Positions 1-10,073 of a DNA stretch of 32,000 bases are shown piece by piece; the stretch's first letter is position 1, and each line of letters opens with the position of its first letter. Both the position numbers and the translations under genes were made by a program. The notes beneath the pieces are model-generated. The model saw only the letters and a program-made list of their open reading frames with translations, made no database searches and had not been told where the DNA came from. The DNA is from Delftia acidovorans NBRC 14950 (GTDB lineage Bacteria > Pseudomonadota > Gammaproteobacteria > Burkholderiales > Burkholderiaceae_C): assembly GCF_001598795.1 (NCBI RefSeq), contig NZ_BCZP01000012.1, positions 179,088-211,087 on the forward strand, given 5' to 3'.

Positions 1-43
1 GGGGCTGGCTGGCCATCATGGTCGGCGGACAGGCAGGTGCGGC

Positions 44-1093
44 ATGAGCGAGTCCCTGCCACAACCGGCCGAGACCGACACCGCCTGGATCGCCGGGCAA
101 CGCACGCGCCTGCTGGCCCAGCGCGGCCACGCCTGGCTGCTGCAGGGGCCTTCCGGCCTGGGCCAGTACGCGCTGTCGCTGTCGCTGGTGCGCGCCTGGC
201 TGTGCGAATCGCCGTCGCCCCAGGGGGCCTGCGGCCACTGCGGCAGCTGCCACGCCATCGACGTGCGCGCCCATGCCGACCTGTGCGTGCTCATGCCCGA
301 GGTGCAGATGATGGCGCTGGGCTGGCCGCTGCCCGAGAAGGCCCAGGCCGATATCGACGACAAGAAACGCAAGCCCAGCAAGGAAATCCGTGTCGAGGCC
401 ATGCGCGACGCCGTGGAGTTCTGCCAGCGCACCAGCGCGCGCGGGCGCGGCAAGGCCGTGCTGGTCTACCCGGCCGAGCAGATGAACGCCATCACGGCCA
501 ATGCGCTGCTCAAGACGCTGGAGGAGCCGCCGGGCGATGCCCGCTTCGTGCTGGCCAGCGAGGCGGCCCACCAGCTGCTGCCCACCATCCGCAGCCGTTG
601 CCTGACCCACACCATGGCCTGGCCCGATCAGCAAGAGGCCCTGGACTGGCTGCAGGGGCAGGGCGTGGCCCCGGAAGCGGCCGACGTGGCGCTGCGCGCC
701 GCAGGCGGGCGGCCCGGCGACGCGCTGGCATTGGCGCACAGCGGTGGCGGCAAGGACATGGCCGCATGGTCCCAGTTGCCGCGCGCGCTGGCCAAGGGCG
801 ATGTGGCGGCCCTGGCCGCCTATGCTCCGCCCCATGCCGTGGAGGCCTTGCAGAAGATCTGCCACGACCTGATGGCCCTGGCCGCAGGCGCCGCGCCGCG
901 CTACTTCACGCCGGCCGACCTGCCGTCGCGGCCGCTGGACATGGGCCTGCTGGCCGAATGGTCACGCGCCCTGGCCCAGGCTGCGCGCACGGCGGACCAC
1001 CCCTTCAACGCCGGACTCATGACCGAGGCCCTGGCCGCCGAGGCCCGGCGCGTGCTCATGTCCGGCCAGCCTGCCCGCCAACGCCGGGGATGA
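44..1093 (+). CDS. holB: DNA polymerase III subunit delta-prime
   Basis: 349-aa ORF with a clamp-loader box 'LLQGPSGLGQ', a zinc module 'CGHCGSCH' and 'LKTLEEPP', as in HolB. The competing ORFs in other frames are Arg/Ala/Pro-rich junk. Confidence 0.9.
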   Translation: MSESLPQPAETDTAWIAGQRTRLLAQRGHAWLLQGPSGLGQYALSLSLVRAWLCESPSPQGACGHCGSCHAIDVRAHADLCVLMPEVQMMALGWPLPEKAQADIDDKKRKPSKEIRVEAMRDAVEFCQRTSARGRGKAVLVYPAEQMNAITANALLKTLEEPPGDARFVLASEAAHQLLPTIRSRCLTHTMAWPDQQEALDWLQGQGVAPEAADVALRAAGGRPGDALALAHSGGGKDMAAWSQLPRALAKGDVAALAAYAPPHAVEALQKICHDLMALAAGAAPRYFTPADLPSRPLDMGLLAEWSRALAQAARTADHPFNAGLMTEALAAEARRVLMSGQPARQRRG

Positions 1094-1237
1094 GGCGCGG
1101 GGAGCGGGGCGTGGCGGCAGCGCAGCAGCGCGGCGGGGTGCTTTTCGCCACATGAAAGCCCGTCCTGTTAACCTACGGCCCTGGGCCCGGTGCCGATCGC
1201 GCCGGCCGCTCACCGAACCAATGTCTGCAAACCATCC

Positions 1238-1597
1238 ATGAGCACCGCACCCACCACACCCCGTCCCAGCGTGATGCAACTGGCGATCAAGGAAAAGGCC
1301 GCGCTGTACGCCGCCTACATTCCCATGTTCGCCGAAGGGGGCGTTTTCGTGCCCACGCAGCGTGAGTACCGTCTTGGCGATGATGTCTACGTGCTGCTGA
1401 CCCTGCCCGACGAGCCGCAGCGCTATCCCGTGGCCGGCCGCGTGGCGTGGATCACGCCCGCGCGCGCCTCGGGCAACCGCACGCAGGGCATAGGCATACA
1501 GTTCCCCAAGGACGAGAAGTCCGCCGAGCTCAAGGCCAAGATCGAGAACATCCTGGGCTCGGCCCTGGCCTCGGACAAGGCCACGCAGACGGTCTGA
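1238..1597 (+). CDS. PilZ-type small protein (type IV pilus PilZ family)
   Basis: The ATG at 1238 lies inside ORF 1190..1597 and gives about 119 aa. The motifs 'GGVFVPT..YRLGDDV...GIGIQF' resemble the PilZ proteins that typically follow holB. Confidence 0.8.
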   Translation: MSTAPTTPRPSVMQLAIKEKAALYAAYIPMFAEGGVFVPTQREYRLGDDVYVLLTLPDEPQRYPVAGRVAWITPARASGNRTQGIGIQFPKDEKSAELKAKIENILGSALASDKATQTV

Positions 1598-1680
1598 GTC
1601 CTGCACCTGCCTCTGCCCGCATGCCGACACGGAGGAAATGCTCTCCGGTCGGCATGCCTGTTTCTGAACCACGAGATTCC

Positions 1681-2493
1681 ATGTTTACCGATTCCCACTG
1701 CCATCTGAATTTCCCCGAGCTGCAAAGCCGCCTGCCCGAGATCCGCGAGGCCATGGCGGCCGCGCGCGTCACGCGTGCGCTGTGCATCTGCACCACGATG
1801 GAGGAATTCGGCGATGTGCACCAGCTGGCACTGGACCACGACAATTTCTGGGCCACGGTGGGCGTGCACCCCGATACGGAACACATGACCGAGCCCAGCG
1901 TGGCCGACCTGGTCGAGCGCGCCGCCCTGGCGCGCGTGGTGGCCATCGGCGAAACGGGCCTGGACTACTACGGCATGGAAGACCGCAAGGGCGGGCGCAC
2001 CATTGCCGACCTGGAATGGCAGCGCGAGCGCTTTCGCGTGCACATCCGCGCGGCACGCCAGACACAAAAGCCCCTGGTCATCCACACGCGCAGCGCCTCT
2101 GATGACACGCTGGCCATCCTGCGCGAAGAAGGCGAGGACGGCTCGGCAGGCCAGGCTGGCGGCGTGTTCCACTGCTTCACCGAGACCATGGAGGTCGCGC
2201 GTGCGGCGCTGGACCTGGGCTACTACATCTCCATGTCGGGCATCGTTACCTTCAAGAACGCCCAGCACCTGCGCGACGTGGCCGCCTTCGTGCCGGCCGA
2301 CCGCCTGCTGATCGAGACCGACAGCCCCTACCTGGCGCCCGTTCCCTATCGCGGCAAGACCAATAATCCGTCCTACGTGCCTTACGTGGCACAGCAGATT
2401 GCGCAGGTGCGCGGCATGGCCGTGGAGGACGTGGCGGCCCTGACCAGTGCCAACTTCGACCAGCTGTTCAAGGGGGTTGTCGCATGCGACTGA
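1681..2493 (+). CDS. tatD: TatD-family metal-dependent hydrolase/DNase
   Basis: The ATG at 1681 begins 'MFTDSHCHLNF'. The motifs 'GETGLDYY', 'VIHTR' and 'IETDSPYL' are TatD hallmarks. The upstream part of ORF 1447..2493 looks non-coding. Confidence 0.9.
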   Translation: MFTDSHCHLNFPELQSRLPEIREAMAAARVTRALCICTTMEEFGDVHQLALDHDNFWATVGVHPDTEHMTEPSVADLVERAALARVVAIGETGLDYYGMEDRKGGRTIADLEWQRERFRVHIRAARQTQKPLVIHTRSASDDTLAILREEGEDGSAGQAGGVFHCFTETMEVARAALDLGYYISMSGIVTFKNAQHLRDVAAFVPADRLLIETDSPYLAPVPYRGKTNNPSYVPYVAQQIAQVRGMAVEDVAALTSANFDQLFKGVVACD

Positions 2494-3215
2494 ATGCTGC
2501 GGCCAGTGGCCGCGTGGGCGTGGACCGGCGCCACTGGCTGGCCCAGGCCGGCCAGGCCGTGGTGGCCCTGGCCGCAGCCAGCGGCGGGCTGGCGCATGCC
2601 AGCCAGTACGACGATTACGTGCGCGCCATCATCAGCGACAACGAGCGCGCCATGGTCAACCTGATCTTTCGCGGCTTCGACCCCAACACCCGCGACACGC
2701 GTGGCCGCCCGGGCCTGGTGGCCGCCTTGCACCAAGGCTCGCTGGGTGTCTTCGACGTGCTGCTCAAATCCCCGGGCATCAAGGTCAACGAAGCCTCCCA
2801 GCAGGGCGAAACGCCGCTGATGATGGCCTGCATCAAGGGCCACCTTGACCTGGCAAAGGAACTCATACGCCGGGGCGCCGATGTCAACCGCCCCGGCTGG
2901 ACACCGCTGCACTACGCCACCTCGGCCGACCTGCCCAAGACGCTGGACATCGTCAAGCTGCTGCTGGACAACAGCGCCTACATCGACGCCGACTCGCCCA
3001 ACGGCACCACGCCGCTGATGCTGGCCGCCCAATACAGCAGCGAAGCCGTGGTGGACCTGCTGATCAAGGAGGGCGCCGACGTCATCCTTCGCAACCAGCG
3101 CGGCTTCACCGCCGCCGACTTTGCCCGGCAGGTGGACCGCCAGTACATGGTGGACAAGCTCACCAAGGCCATCAAGGCCGAACGCAAGACCCAGCCTTCG
3201 CGCGGAAGCTGGTAG
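2484..3215 (+). CDS. Ankyrin-repeat protein with twin-arginine-like signal
   Basis: 243 aa with an N-terminal 'DRRHWLAQAG...AHA' Tat-like signal. Repeated 'G(E/W/T)TPL..A......V..LL..GA' ankyrin units follow. The start overlaps the tatD stop. Confidence 0.85.
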   Translation: MRLNAAASGRVGVDRRHWLAQAGQAVVALAAASGGLAHASQYDDYVRAIISDNERAMVNLIFRGFDPNTRDTRGRPGLVAALHQGSLGVFDVLLKSPGIKVNEASQQGETPLMMACIKGHLDLAKELIRRGADVNRPGWTPLHYATSADLPKTLDIVKLLLDNSAYIDADSPNGTTPLMLAAQYSSEAVVDLLIKEGADVILRNQRGFTAADFARQVDRQYMVDKLTKAIKAERKTQPSRGSW

Positions 3216-3260
3216 CAGCAAGCCAGGCGAGTGGCACTGCCGGTGCCGCCGCTGTCCAGC

Positions 3261-5078
3261 TCAGGTTGTGTGATTCCTGCTCAATCGGGCGTACAGGCCG
3301 TCCCGCGCCAGCAGCTCGGCATGTGTTCCCTGCTCGGCAATGCGGCCGCGCTCCATCACCACCACGCGGTCGGCATGCTCGATGGTCGAGAGCCTGTGTG
3401 CGATGACCAGGGTCGTGCGGCCCTGCATCAGCCGCGTCAGCGCCTCCTGCACCAGGCGCTCGGATTCGTTGTCCAGGGCCGAGGTGGCCTCGTCCAGGAT
3501 CAGGATGGGCGCATCCTTGTACAGCGCCCGTGCAATCGCCAGCCGCTGGCGCTGGCCCCCCGACAGCTGGCTGGCGTTGTGGCCCACCACCGTCTGCAGA
3601 CCGTTGGACAGGCCGCGCACGTGGGTGCCCAGATTGGCGGCATCCAGCGCGGCCCACAGCTGGGCCTCGTCTTCCACCCCGCCCAGCGCCACGTTGGCGG
3701 CAATGGTGTCGTTGAACATCACCACATCCTGGCTGACCATGGCGAACTGCTGGCGCAACGCGGCCAGATCCCATTCGGGCAGGGGCGTGCCGTCCAGCAG
3801 CAACTGGCCGCCCGTGGGCTGCAAAAAGCGTGGCAGCAGGTTCACCAGCGTGGTCTTGCCCGCGCCAGAGGGGCCGACCAGGGCCACCACCTCGCCCGGG
3901 CGCACGCGCAGGTCCACATGGCTCAGGGCGGGTGCCTTGTCCTCGCCAAACTGCACGGACACGTCGCGCAACTCGATCTCGCCACGCGCCTTGCCGGGCA
4001 CCTGCGTGCCGCCGGTCTCGTCGCCCGAGCCCTCCAGCAGATGCAGGCCCCGCTCCAGCGCAGCCACGCCACGCGTGATGGGGTTGGCCACATCGGCCAG
4101 GCGTCGGATAGGGGCAATCAGCATCAGCATGGCCGTGATGAAGGCCGCAAAGCTGCCCACCGTCACATCCTGCACATTGGCCGCAGCAGCGCCCGTGCCC
4201 CGGCTTTGCCACAGCGCAATGCAGATCACGGCCGACAGTGCGGCGGCGGCCAGCAACTGGGTCAGCGGCGTCATGGCCGCCGAGGCGATGGTGGCCTTGA
4301 TGGCCAGCTTGCGCAGCTGCCCGCTCAGGCCGCCAAAGCGCTTTTGCTGGCCCTGTTGCGCGCCATGCAGGCGCACCATGCGGTGGGCCAGAACGTTCTC
4401 TTCCACCACATAGGCCAGGGAATCGGTGGCCTCCTGGCTGATCTTGGTGATGCGGTACAGGCGGCGCGACAGCGTCTTCATGATCCAGGCCACGCCCGGC
4501 ACCACGGCCGCCACCACCAGCGTCAGCTGCCAGTTCAGATACAGCAGGTAGCCCAGCAGCGCCACCAGCGTGAAACCGTCGCGCGAGATGCCCAGCATGG
4601 CCTGCACCAGCAGCGTGGAGCCGGTCTGCACCTCATAGACCACGGTATTGGACAGCGATGAGGCCGACTGGCGCGAGAACAGCGCCATATCGGCCGCCAG
4701 CAGCCGCTCGAACAGGCGCTTGCGCAGCGCCAGCATGCCCTCGTTGGCAATGCGCGCCAGCGCGTACTGGCCCACGAACTGCGACAGGCCCCGCACCAGG
4801 AACACGCCGATGATGGCCAGCGGCACCGACCACAGCGGCAGCGTGCCGTCGGTGAAGCCGCTGTCCAGCAGCGGCTGCAGCAGGGCAGGGATCAATGGCT
4901 CGGTGACCGCGCCCACCAGCGTGGCAGCCACGGCCAGCGTCCAGGCCAGGCGCTGGCCACCAAAGTAGGGTGACAGGCGCTTGAGGCGCTGCGACAGGGT
5001 CAGGGTGCTGGCGAGATCAAGGGCCGCCGGTGCGGCGGACGGCGCAGGGGCCGGCGGCGGTGAGGATGGTGCTTGCAT
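3261..5078 (-). CDS. msbA: Lipid A export ABC transporter permease/ATPase MsbA-type
   Basis: 605 aa with a multi-TM N-terminal half. It carries Walker A 'GPSGAGKTT', the ABC signature 'LSGGQRQR' and Walker B 'ILILDEATS'. Confidence 0.88.
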   Translation of the reverse strand: MQAPSSPPPAPAPSAAPAALDLASTLTLSQRLKRLSPYFGGQRLAWTLAVAATLVGAVTEPLIPALLQPLLDSGFTDGTLPLWSVPLAIIGVFLVRGLSQFVGQYALARIANEGMLALRKRLFERLLAADMALFSRQSASSLSNTVVYEVQTGSTLLVQAMLGISRDGFTLVALLGYLLYLNWQLTLVVAAVVPGVAWIMKTLSRRLYRITKISQEATDSLAYVVEENVLAHRMVRLHGAQQGQQKRFGGLSGQLRKLAIKATIASAAMTPLTQLLAAAALSAVICIALWQSRGTGAAAANVQDVTVGSFAAFITAMLMLIAPIRRLADVANPITRGVAALERGLHLLEGSGDETGGTQVPGKARGEIELRDVSVQFGEDKAPALSHVDLRVRPGEVVALVGPSGAGKTTLVNLLPRFLQPTGGQLLLDGTPLPEWDLAALRQQFAMVSQDVVMFNDTIAANVALGGVEDEAQLWAALDAANLGTHVRGLSNGLQTVVGHNASQLSGGQRQRLAIARALYKDAPILILDEATSALDNESERLVQEALTRLMQGRTTLVIAHRLSTIEHADRVVVMERGRIAEQGTHAELLARDGLYARLSRNHTT

Positions 5079-5261
5079 GAAGCGCGGATTTTACGGCGGG
5101 CTTGCCTGGGGCTGCCTCATGGGGAACTGATGCGGCTGGCGGGGATCGAGAAAGCCTGGGCCGACAGACCCTACAGTGCACGTTCTTACATCGAGACGCA
5201 TCCAGTGTGTGTAACATTCGCACCTGTGCAAGTACCGGGGTCTTCCCGTAGATATTGATGA

Positions 5262-6587
5262 ATGCCAATGACTATTGACCGACTCCTTTCTCCCTCCTCC
5301 CTGGCGGCCGTGCCGCGCACTTCGCGCCGAACCCTGCTGGCCGCTCTCGCTTCAACCCCCGCAATTCCCGCGCTGGCCCAGTTCCGCGTCGAAGTGACGG
5401 GCGTGGGCCTGACCCAGTTGCCCATCGCCATTGCAGCATTCAAGGGAGAAGGGCAGGCGCCCCAGAAGATCTCGGCCATCATCCAGGCTGACCTGGAGCG
5501 CAGCGGTCAATTCCGCGCCGTGGACACGGCCGGCGTCCAGCTGGACGAAACCTCGCGCCCCGACGTTGCCATGTGGCGCCAAAAGAGCGCTGACTCGCTG
5601 GCCGTGGGCAGCATCACGCGCCTGGCCGATGGCCGCTACGACGTGCGCTTTCGCCTTTGGGACGTGGTCAAGGGCCAGGACCTGGGCGGCCAGGGCTTTG
5701 CCGTCACCACCGGCGACCTGCGCCTGGTGGCCCACCGCATCTCCGACTACATCTACGAAAAACTCACGGGCGAGAAGGGCGTGTTCTCCACGCGCATCGC
5801 CTACGTGACCAAGGCGGGCAGCAACTACCGCCTGTGGGTGGCCGATGCCGATGGCGAGAACGCCCAGTCGGCCCTGTCCAGCCCGGAACCCATCATCTCG
5901 CCCGCCTGGTCGCCCACCGGCACCCAGCTGGCCTACGTGTCCTTCGAGTCGCGCAAGCCCGTCGTCTATGTGCACGATGTGGCCAGTGGCCGCCGCCGCC
6001 TGGTTGCCAACTTCCGGGGTTCCAACAGCGCACCGGCCTGGTCGCCTGACGGCAACTCCCTGGCCGTCACGCTCAGCCGCGATGGCGGCTCGCAGCTGTA
6101 CCTGATCAGCGCCCAGGGCGGCGAGCCGCGCCGACTGATGCAAAGCAGCGGCATCGACACCGAGCCGAACTTCTCCAGCGATGGCCGCTCCATCTACTTC
6201 GTCAGCGACCGTGGCGGTGCTCCGCAGATCTACAAGGTGCCGGCCTCGGGCGGCAGTGCGGAACGCGTCACCTTCACCGGCAACTACAACATCTCGCCCA
6301 GCGTCAGCCCCGATGGAAAGTGGCTTGCCTACATCTCGCGCGTGGGCGGCGGCTTCAAGCTCCACGTCATGGACCTGGGCACCGGCACAGTGAATGCCAT
6401 CACCGACACCACGGCCGACGAAAGCCCCAGCTTCGCCCCGAACAGCCGCCTGATCGTCTACGCCACCCTGCAGCAGGGCCGCGAATCCCTGATGACCACC
6501 ACGCTCGACGGCAAGATCAAGGCGCGGCTGGCAGGGCAGGGCGGTGACATCCGCGAGCCCGACTGGGGTCCGTTCCAGCGCCAGTGA
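5262..6587 (+). CDS. tolB: Tol-Pal system beta-propeller protein TolB
   Basis: 441 aa with a signal-like N-terminus and repeated 'P.WSPDG..LA(Y/V)' propeller blades. It is followed by pal and cpoB. Confidence 0.92.
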   Translation: MPMTIDRLLSPSSLAAVPRTSRRTLLAALASTPAIPALAQFRVEVTGVGLTQLPIAIAAFKGEGQAPQKISAIIQADLERSGQFRAVDTAGVQLDETSRPDVAMWRQKSADSLAVGSITRLADGRYDVRFRLWDVVKGQDLGGQGFAVTTGDLRLVAHRISDYIYEKLTGEKGVFSTRIAYVTKAGSNYRLWVADADGENAQSALSSPEPIISPAWSPTGTQLAYVSFESRKPVVYVHDVASGRRRLVANFRGSNSAPAWSPDGNSLAVTLSRDGGSQLYLISAQGGEPRRLMQSSGIDTEPNFSSDGRSIYFVSDRGGAPQIYKVPASGGSAERVTFTGNYNISPSVSPDGKWLAYISRVGGGFKLHVMDLGTGTVNAITDTTADESPSFAPNSRLIVYATLQQGRESLMTTTLDGKIKARLAGQGGDIREPDWGPFQRQ

Positions 6588-6664
6588 TATCCGGCTTCCT
6601 CGATTTCTTTTCAGTCAACCAGTCAACTCAGCACGAAGTCCACCCGGACATACGGAGATTTTTC

Positions 6665-7207
6665 ATGATCACCATCAAACGACTTTCCCTGGCACTTGCA
6701 GTCACCGCACTCATGGCAGGTTGCAGCTCGGGCGTCAAGCTTGACGAAACCCCGGTCACCGACGCGGGCGCCACCAGCACGGGCCAGGGCAGCGGTGCCG
6801 GCACCGGCAGCACCTCGCAAAGCGGCATCTCGGGCGTGGACCTGACCGGCTCGGCCGCCGACAAGGCAGGTCCCCAGGGCGTCAGCCGCGTCGTCTACTT
6901 CGACTTCGACAGCTACGTCGTCAAGGCCGATGCCCAGCCCCAGATCGAAGCCCACGCACGCTTCCTGAAGGCATCTTCCGCTCGCAAGGTCCAGATCGAA
7001 GGACACACCGACGAGCGCGGCGGCCGCGAATACAACCTGGCCCTGGGCCAAAAGCGCGCCGAAGCTGTGCGCCGCTCGCTGGGCCTGCTGGGTGTCAGCG
7101 ACGCGCAAATGGAAGCCGTGAGCTATGGCAAGGAAAAGCCTGCCTCCGAAGGCCATTCCGAAGACGCCTACGCGCAAAACCGCCGCGCTGAACTGTCCTA
7201 CCGTTGA
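6665..7207 (+). CDS. pal: Peptidoglycan-associated lipoprotein Pal (OmpA-like)
   Basis: The ATG at 6665 begins 'MITIKRLSLALAVTALMAGC', which contains a lipobox. The OmpA-like C-domain reads 'VYFDFDS...IEGHTDERGGREYNLALGQKRA'. Confidence 0.92.
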   Translation: MITIKRLSLALAVTALMAGCSSGVKLDETPVTDAGATSTGQGSGAGTGSTSQSGISGVDLTGSAADKAGPQGVSRVVYFDFDSYVVKADAQPQIEAHARFLKASSARKVQIEGHTDERGGREYNLALGQKRAEAVRRSLGLLGVSDAQMEAVSYGKEKPASEGHSEDAYAQNRRAELSYR

Positions 7208-7989
7208 TGAACATGCAGCGCTCCCCGATCCTGCATCGCACCGCGCTGCGCACGCTGCTGGCTGCTGGCCTGATGGCCGGCTACGCCGCCAGCGGCCATG
7301 CCGCACTGTTCGGCGATGACGAGGCGCGCCGCGCCATCCTGGAAATGCGCCAGCGCGTCGACAGCATGCAGCAGTCGCAGCAGCGCATGACCGAGGAAAG
7401 CTCGCAAACGCGCCGTGGCCTGCTCGAACTGCAGTCGCAGATCGAGCAGCTCAAGTCCGAGCAAGCCAAGCTGCGCGGCCAGAACGAGCAGCTGCTGCGC
7501 GATGTAGCCGAGCTGCAGCGCGGCCAGCGCGACATCGCCAAGGGCGTGGACGAGCGCCTGCGCCAGTTCGAGCCCGTCACGGTGACGGTGGACGGCCAGG
7601 AATTCGCAGCCGACCCGGCAGAGAAACGCGACTTTGAAGCCGCGCTGGCGCAGTTCCGCGCAGGCAGCTTTGCCGAAGCCGGCACGGCGTTCTCGTCCTT
7701 CCTGAACCAGTGGCCCAAGAGCGGCTATGTGCCCTCGGCACGCTTTTGGCTGGGCAACGCGCAGTACGCTAATCGCAACTACAAGGACGCGATCACCAAC
7801 TTCCGCGCGCTGCTGGCAGCAGCCCCCATGCACGGCCGGGCGCCGGAGGCGGCACTGTCCATCGCCAACTGCCAGATCGAGATGAAGGACACCAAGGGCG
7901 CGCGCAAGACGCTGGAAGACCTGATCAAGGCCTATCCCAACGCCGAAGCCACGGCTGCGGCCAAGAACCGTCTCGCCAGCCTCAAGTGA
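7207..7989 (+). CDS. cpoB: Tol-Pal system protein CpoB/YbgF
   Basis: The ATG at 7207 abuts the pal stop. There is a signal peptide, a Gln/Glu-rich coiled coil and a TPR-like C-terminal half ('ARFWLGNAQY'). Confidence 0.85.
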   Translation: MNMQRSPILHRTALRTLLAAGLMAGYAASGHAALFGDDEARRAILEMRQRVDSMQQSQQRMTEESSQTRRGLLELQSQIEQLKSEQAKLRGQNEQLLRDVAELQRGQRDIAKGVDERLRQFEPVTVTVDGQEFAADPAEKRDFEAALAQFRAGSFAEAGTAFSSFLNQWPKSGYVPSARFWLGNAQYANRNYKDAITNFRALLAAAPMHGRAPEAALSIANCQIEMKDTKGARKTLEDLIKAYPNAEATAAAKNRLASLK

Positions 7990-8816
7990 TGAACGACACG
8001 GGCTCTTCATCCCTCCCGGAAGAAGACAAGACAGCGCCTGAAGCAGGCGCTGTTTTTTCTGATGCCGACCTGCAGCGCCGCTTCGGCGGCCTGGAGCGCC
8101 TGTATGGCGTGCCGGGCGCCGCGCGCATCCGCGCCGCGCACGTCGTCGTGGTGGGCATCGGCGGCGTGGGCTCCTGGACCGCCGAGGCGTTGGCGCGCAG
8201 CGGTGTGGGCGAGCTCACGCTCATCGACATGGACCATGTCGCCGAGTCCAACATCAACCGCCAGATCCATGCACTCACCACCACCGTGGGCCAGGCCAAG
8301 ATCGAAGCCATGCGCGAGCGCATCGCCCAGATCAACCCCGCCTGCCGCGTGCACTGCATCGACGACTTCGTTGACCCGGACAACTGGCTGCGCCTGCTGC
8401 CCCCGGGCGCCGACGCCGTCATCGACGCCTGCGACCAGGTCAAGGCCAAGACCGCCATGGCCGCCCATGCGCGCGCCACGCAGCAATGCTTCATCTCCGT
8501 GGGTGCAGCGGGGGGCAAGCGCCTGGCTCACAAGGTCGATATCGACGACCTCAGCGCCACCACGCACGACCCGCTGCTGGCCCAACTGCGCTACCGCCTG
8601 CGCCGCGAGCACGGCGCACCCAAGGAAGGCAAGCGCATCGGCATCGCCTGCGTCTTCAGCCGCGAGGCTGTCGCCCCGCCCGATGCCTCTTGCGCCATCG
8701 AAGGCGACGGCACGCTCAACTGCCACGGCTACGGCTCGGTAGTGGCCGTCACCGCCACCTTCGGCCAGTGCGCCGCAGGCTGGGTCATCGATCAACTGAG
8801 CCGCATCAAGAATTGA
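7989..8816 (+). CDS. tcdA: tRNA threonylcarbamoyladenosine dehydratase (ThiF/E1-like) TcdA
   Basis: The ATG at 7989 overlaps the cpoB stop. It has the Rossmann motif 'VVVVGIGGVGSW' and 'LIDMDHVAESNINRQ', typical of TcdA/CsdL. Confidence 0.85.
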   Translation: MNDTGSSSLPEEDKTAPEAGAVFSDADLQRRFGGLERLYGVPGAARIRAAHVVVVGIGGVGSWTAEALARSGVGELTLIDMDHVAESNINRQIHALTTTVGQAKIEAMRERIAQINPACRVHCIDDFVDPDNWLRLLPPGADAVIDACDQVKAKTAMAAHARATQQCFISVGAAGGKRLAHKVDIDDLSATTHDPLLAQLRYRLRREHGAPKEGKRIGIACVFSREAVAPPDASCAIEGDGTLNCHGYGSVVAVTATFGQCAAGWVIDQLSRIKN

Positions 8817-8839
8817 AGCGTAAATTTTGGTGCTAGAAT
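8813..8839 (+). promoter_or_regulatory. Candidate sigma70 promoter for tRNA-Lys
   Basis: TTGAAG (8813-8818), a 15-nt spacer, then an extended -10 TGcTAGAAT (8831-8839), about 45 nt upstream of the tRNA. Assigned by eye only. Confidence 0.3.
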
Positions 8840-8884
8840 CTATGTCTTCGCTAAGCAGCATCTGATGCATGCAAAGCGTGGTTC

Positions 8885-8960
8885 GGGTCTTTAGCTCAGT
8901 CGGTAGAGCAGCGGACTTTTAATCCGTTGGTCGCGAGTTCGAATCTCGCAGGACCCACCA
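8885..8960 (+). tRNA. tRNA-Lys (anticodon UUU)
   Basis: 76 nt: GGGTCTT/AGGACCC acceptor stem, GCTC..GAGC D arm, anticodon loop CTTTTAA, T arm GCGAG-TTCGAAT-CTCGC, and an encoded CCA. Confidence 0.93.
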
Positions 8961-8972
8961 ACAAATACGCGG

Positions 8973-9010
8973 AAGCCGCGCTATCGTAAAGGTAGCGCGG
9001 CTTTTGTTTT
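8973..9010 (+). terminator. Intrinsic terminator after tRNA-Lys
   Basis: An 11-bp stem, AAGCCGCGCTA (8973-8983) paired with TAGCGCGGCTT (8993-9003), is followed by TTTTGTTTT. Confidence 0.6.
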
Positions 9011-9032
9011 ATTCCCAATTTGGGAATAGAGG

Positions 9033-10073
9033 TCAGCCCAGGGACTGCCGTTTCGAGACCTTCGAGCGGTCGTAGACGCGGGCCGTGGTGGCTGAGCTGG
9101 CGTGAAGCTCGGGCAGGGCACCATACCGTGCCTTGTGCTGGGTCGTGTAGTACGCCCGCAGGTCGTGGAAGGTGAAGCGCCTGCTGATCACCTTGGTCTC
9201 CAGGGCTTCGACCATGGCCCGCTGCCAGCCCGTGGTGAATCCCGATTCCGTGAGTGGGCTGCCGTGCTGATTGATGAAGACATGCAGCGATGTCTCAGGG
9301 CGTGGCAGCTGCAGCAGCCTCTTGGCCAGGTCCAGCATGGCCGGGCCCATGGCGATGTTCTCCGCCCGCTTGGTGCCGCCGTGTTGCTTTGCGCGCATCA
9401 GCCGGATCTCGCCGGCCTGCATGTCGATCTGCGGCACCTGCAGGGCCAGGAACTCCACGCGGCGCGAGCCAGCCAGGGCGGCGAACTCGGCCATCAGGGC
9501 CAGGGTTTTGCGTGCAGGGCTACCGGCCTCCAGCCAGTCCAGGAAAGCGCGTAGCTCGGCCGGCTCCGGCGCCTCCGTCCGGGCTCGCTCGCTGTTCTTC
9601 TTGACCTGCTTGCACGGGTTGGCGTCGATCAGTCCACGCTCGATGGCCACGTTCATCAGGTTGGAGAGCAGGGCGATTTCTCGATTGCCCCGCACGGGCG
9701 CGTCTGCACGCTCTACGCGCAGGAACCTGGCGATGTCTGTAGGACGCACCGCGGCGGCTGGCACCTCGCCCATGACCTCAATGAGCTTCACGCTGTACGA
9801 CTCGTAGTCCTTCTTCGTGCGCTCCGCCAGGGCCGTCCAGCGGGCTGTCTTTTGGTACAGGTCCCATAGCTCGCGGATCGTGCCCTGCACGTTTGGAACG
9901 TGATTCATCTCCAGCACGGCCTGTATGGCCGCGGTGCGGTCGGTGCCCAGGTTGATGGGCTTGCCACCCACCGGGTGATATCGGTAGGTGACAAGCCCGT
10001 TCTTGCGCGGCCGAGCCTCCATCCGGGGCAGAAGGCCGAAGCCTGATGCTCGCTCTCTTCTGCGACCCATCAT
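9033..10073 (-). CDS. int: Phage tyrosine integrase
   Basis: 346 aa. The C-terminal catalytic region has 'FTFHDLRAYY' (H-x-x-R) and the Tyr of 'TARVYDRS'. The position next to a tRNA is typical. Confidence 0.93.
   Translation of the reverse strand: MMGRRRERASGFGLLPRMEARPRKNGLVTYRYHPVGGKPINLGTDRTAAIQAVLEMNHVPNVQGTIRELWDLYQKTARWTALAERTKKDYESYSVKLIEVMGEVPAAAVRPTDIARFLRVERADAPVRGNREIALLSNLMNVAIERGLIDANPCKQVKKNSERARTEAPEPAELRAFLDWLEAGSPARKTLALMAEFAALAGSRRVEFLALQVPQIDMQAGEIRLMRAKQHGGTKRAENIAMGPAMLDLAKRLLQLPRPETSLHVFINQHGSPLTESGFTTGWQRAMVEALETKVISRRFTFHDLRAYYTTQHKARYGALPELHASSATTARVYDRSKVSKRQSLG

Noticed and set aside
5079-7989. tolB-pal-cpoB occurs without tolQ-tolR-tolA upstream, and msbA is divergent instead.
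   Set aside because: The tol genes are probably located elsewhere in this lineage. Nothing in the sequence suggests rearrangement scars or mobile DNA.
16-8870. Many overlapping alternative-frame and antisense ORFs in the host segment (for example 37..1155, 962..1672, 3231..4661, 3172..4212, 5352..6365, 7198..8010, 8007..8870).
   Set aside because: All are Arg/Ala/Pro/Gly-rich and overlap genes with recognisable family motifs. They are typical GC-rich shadow ORFs.
7989-8960. tcdA (the ct6A37 tRNA-modification enzyme) sits immediately next to tRNA-Lys(UUU), one of its likely substrates.
   Set aside because: I know of no evidence for functional linkage, and the adjacency is most simply coincidental synteny. 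It was noted only as a curiosity.
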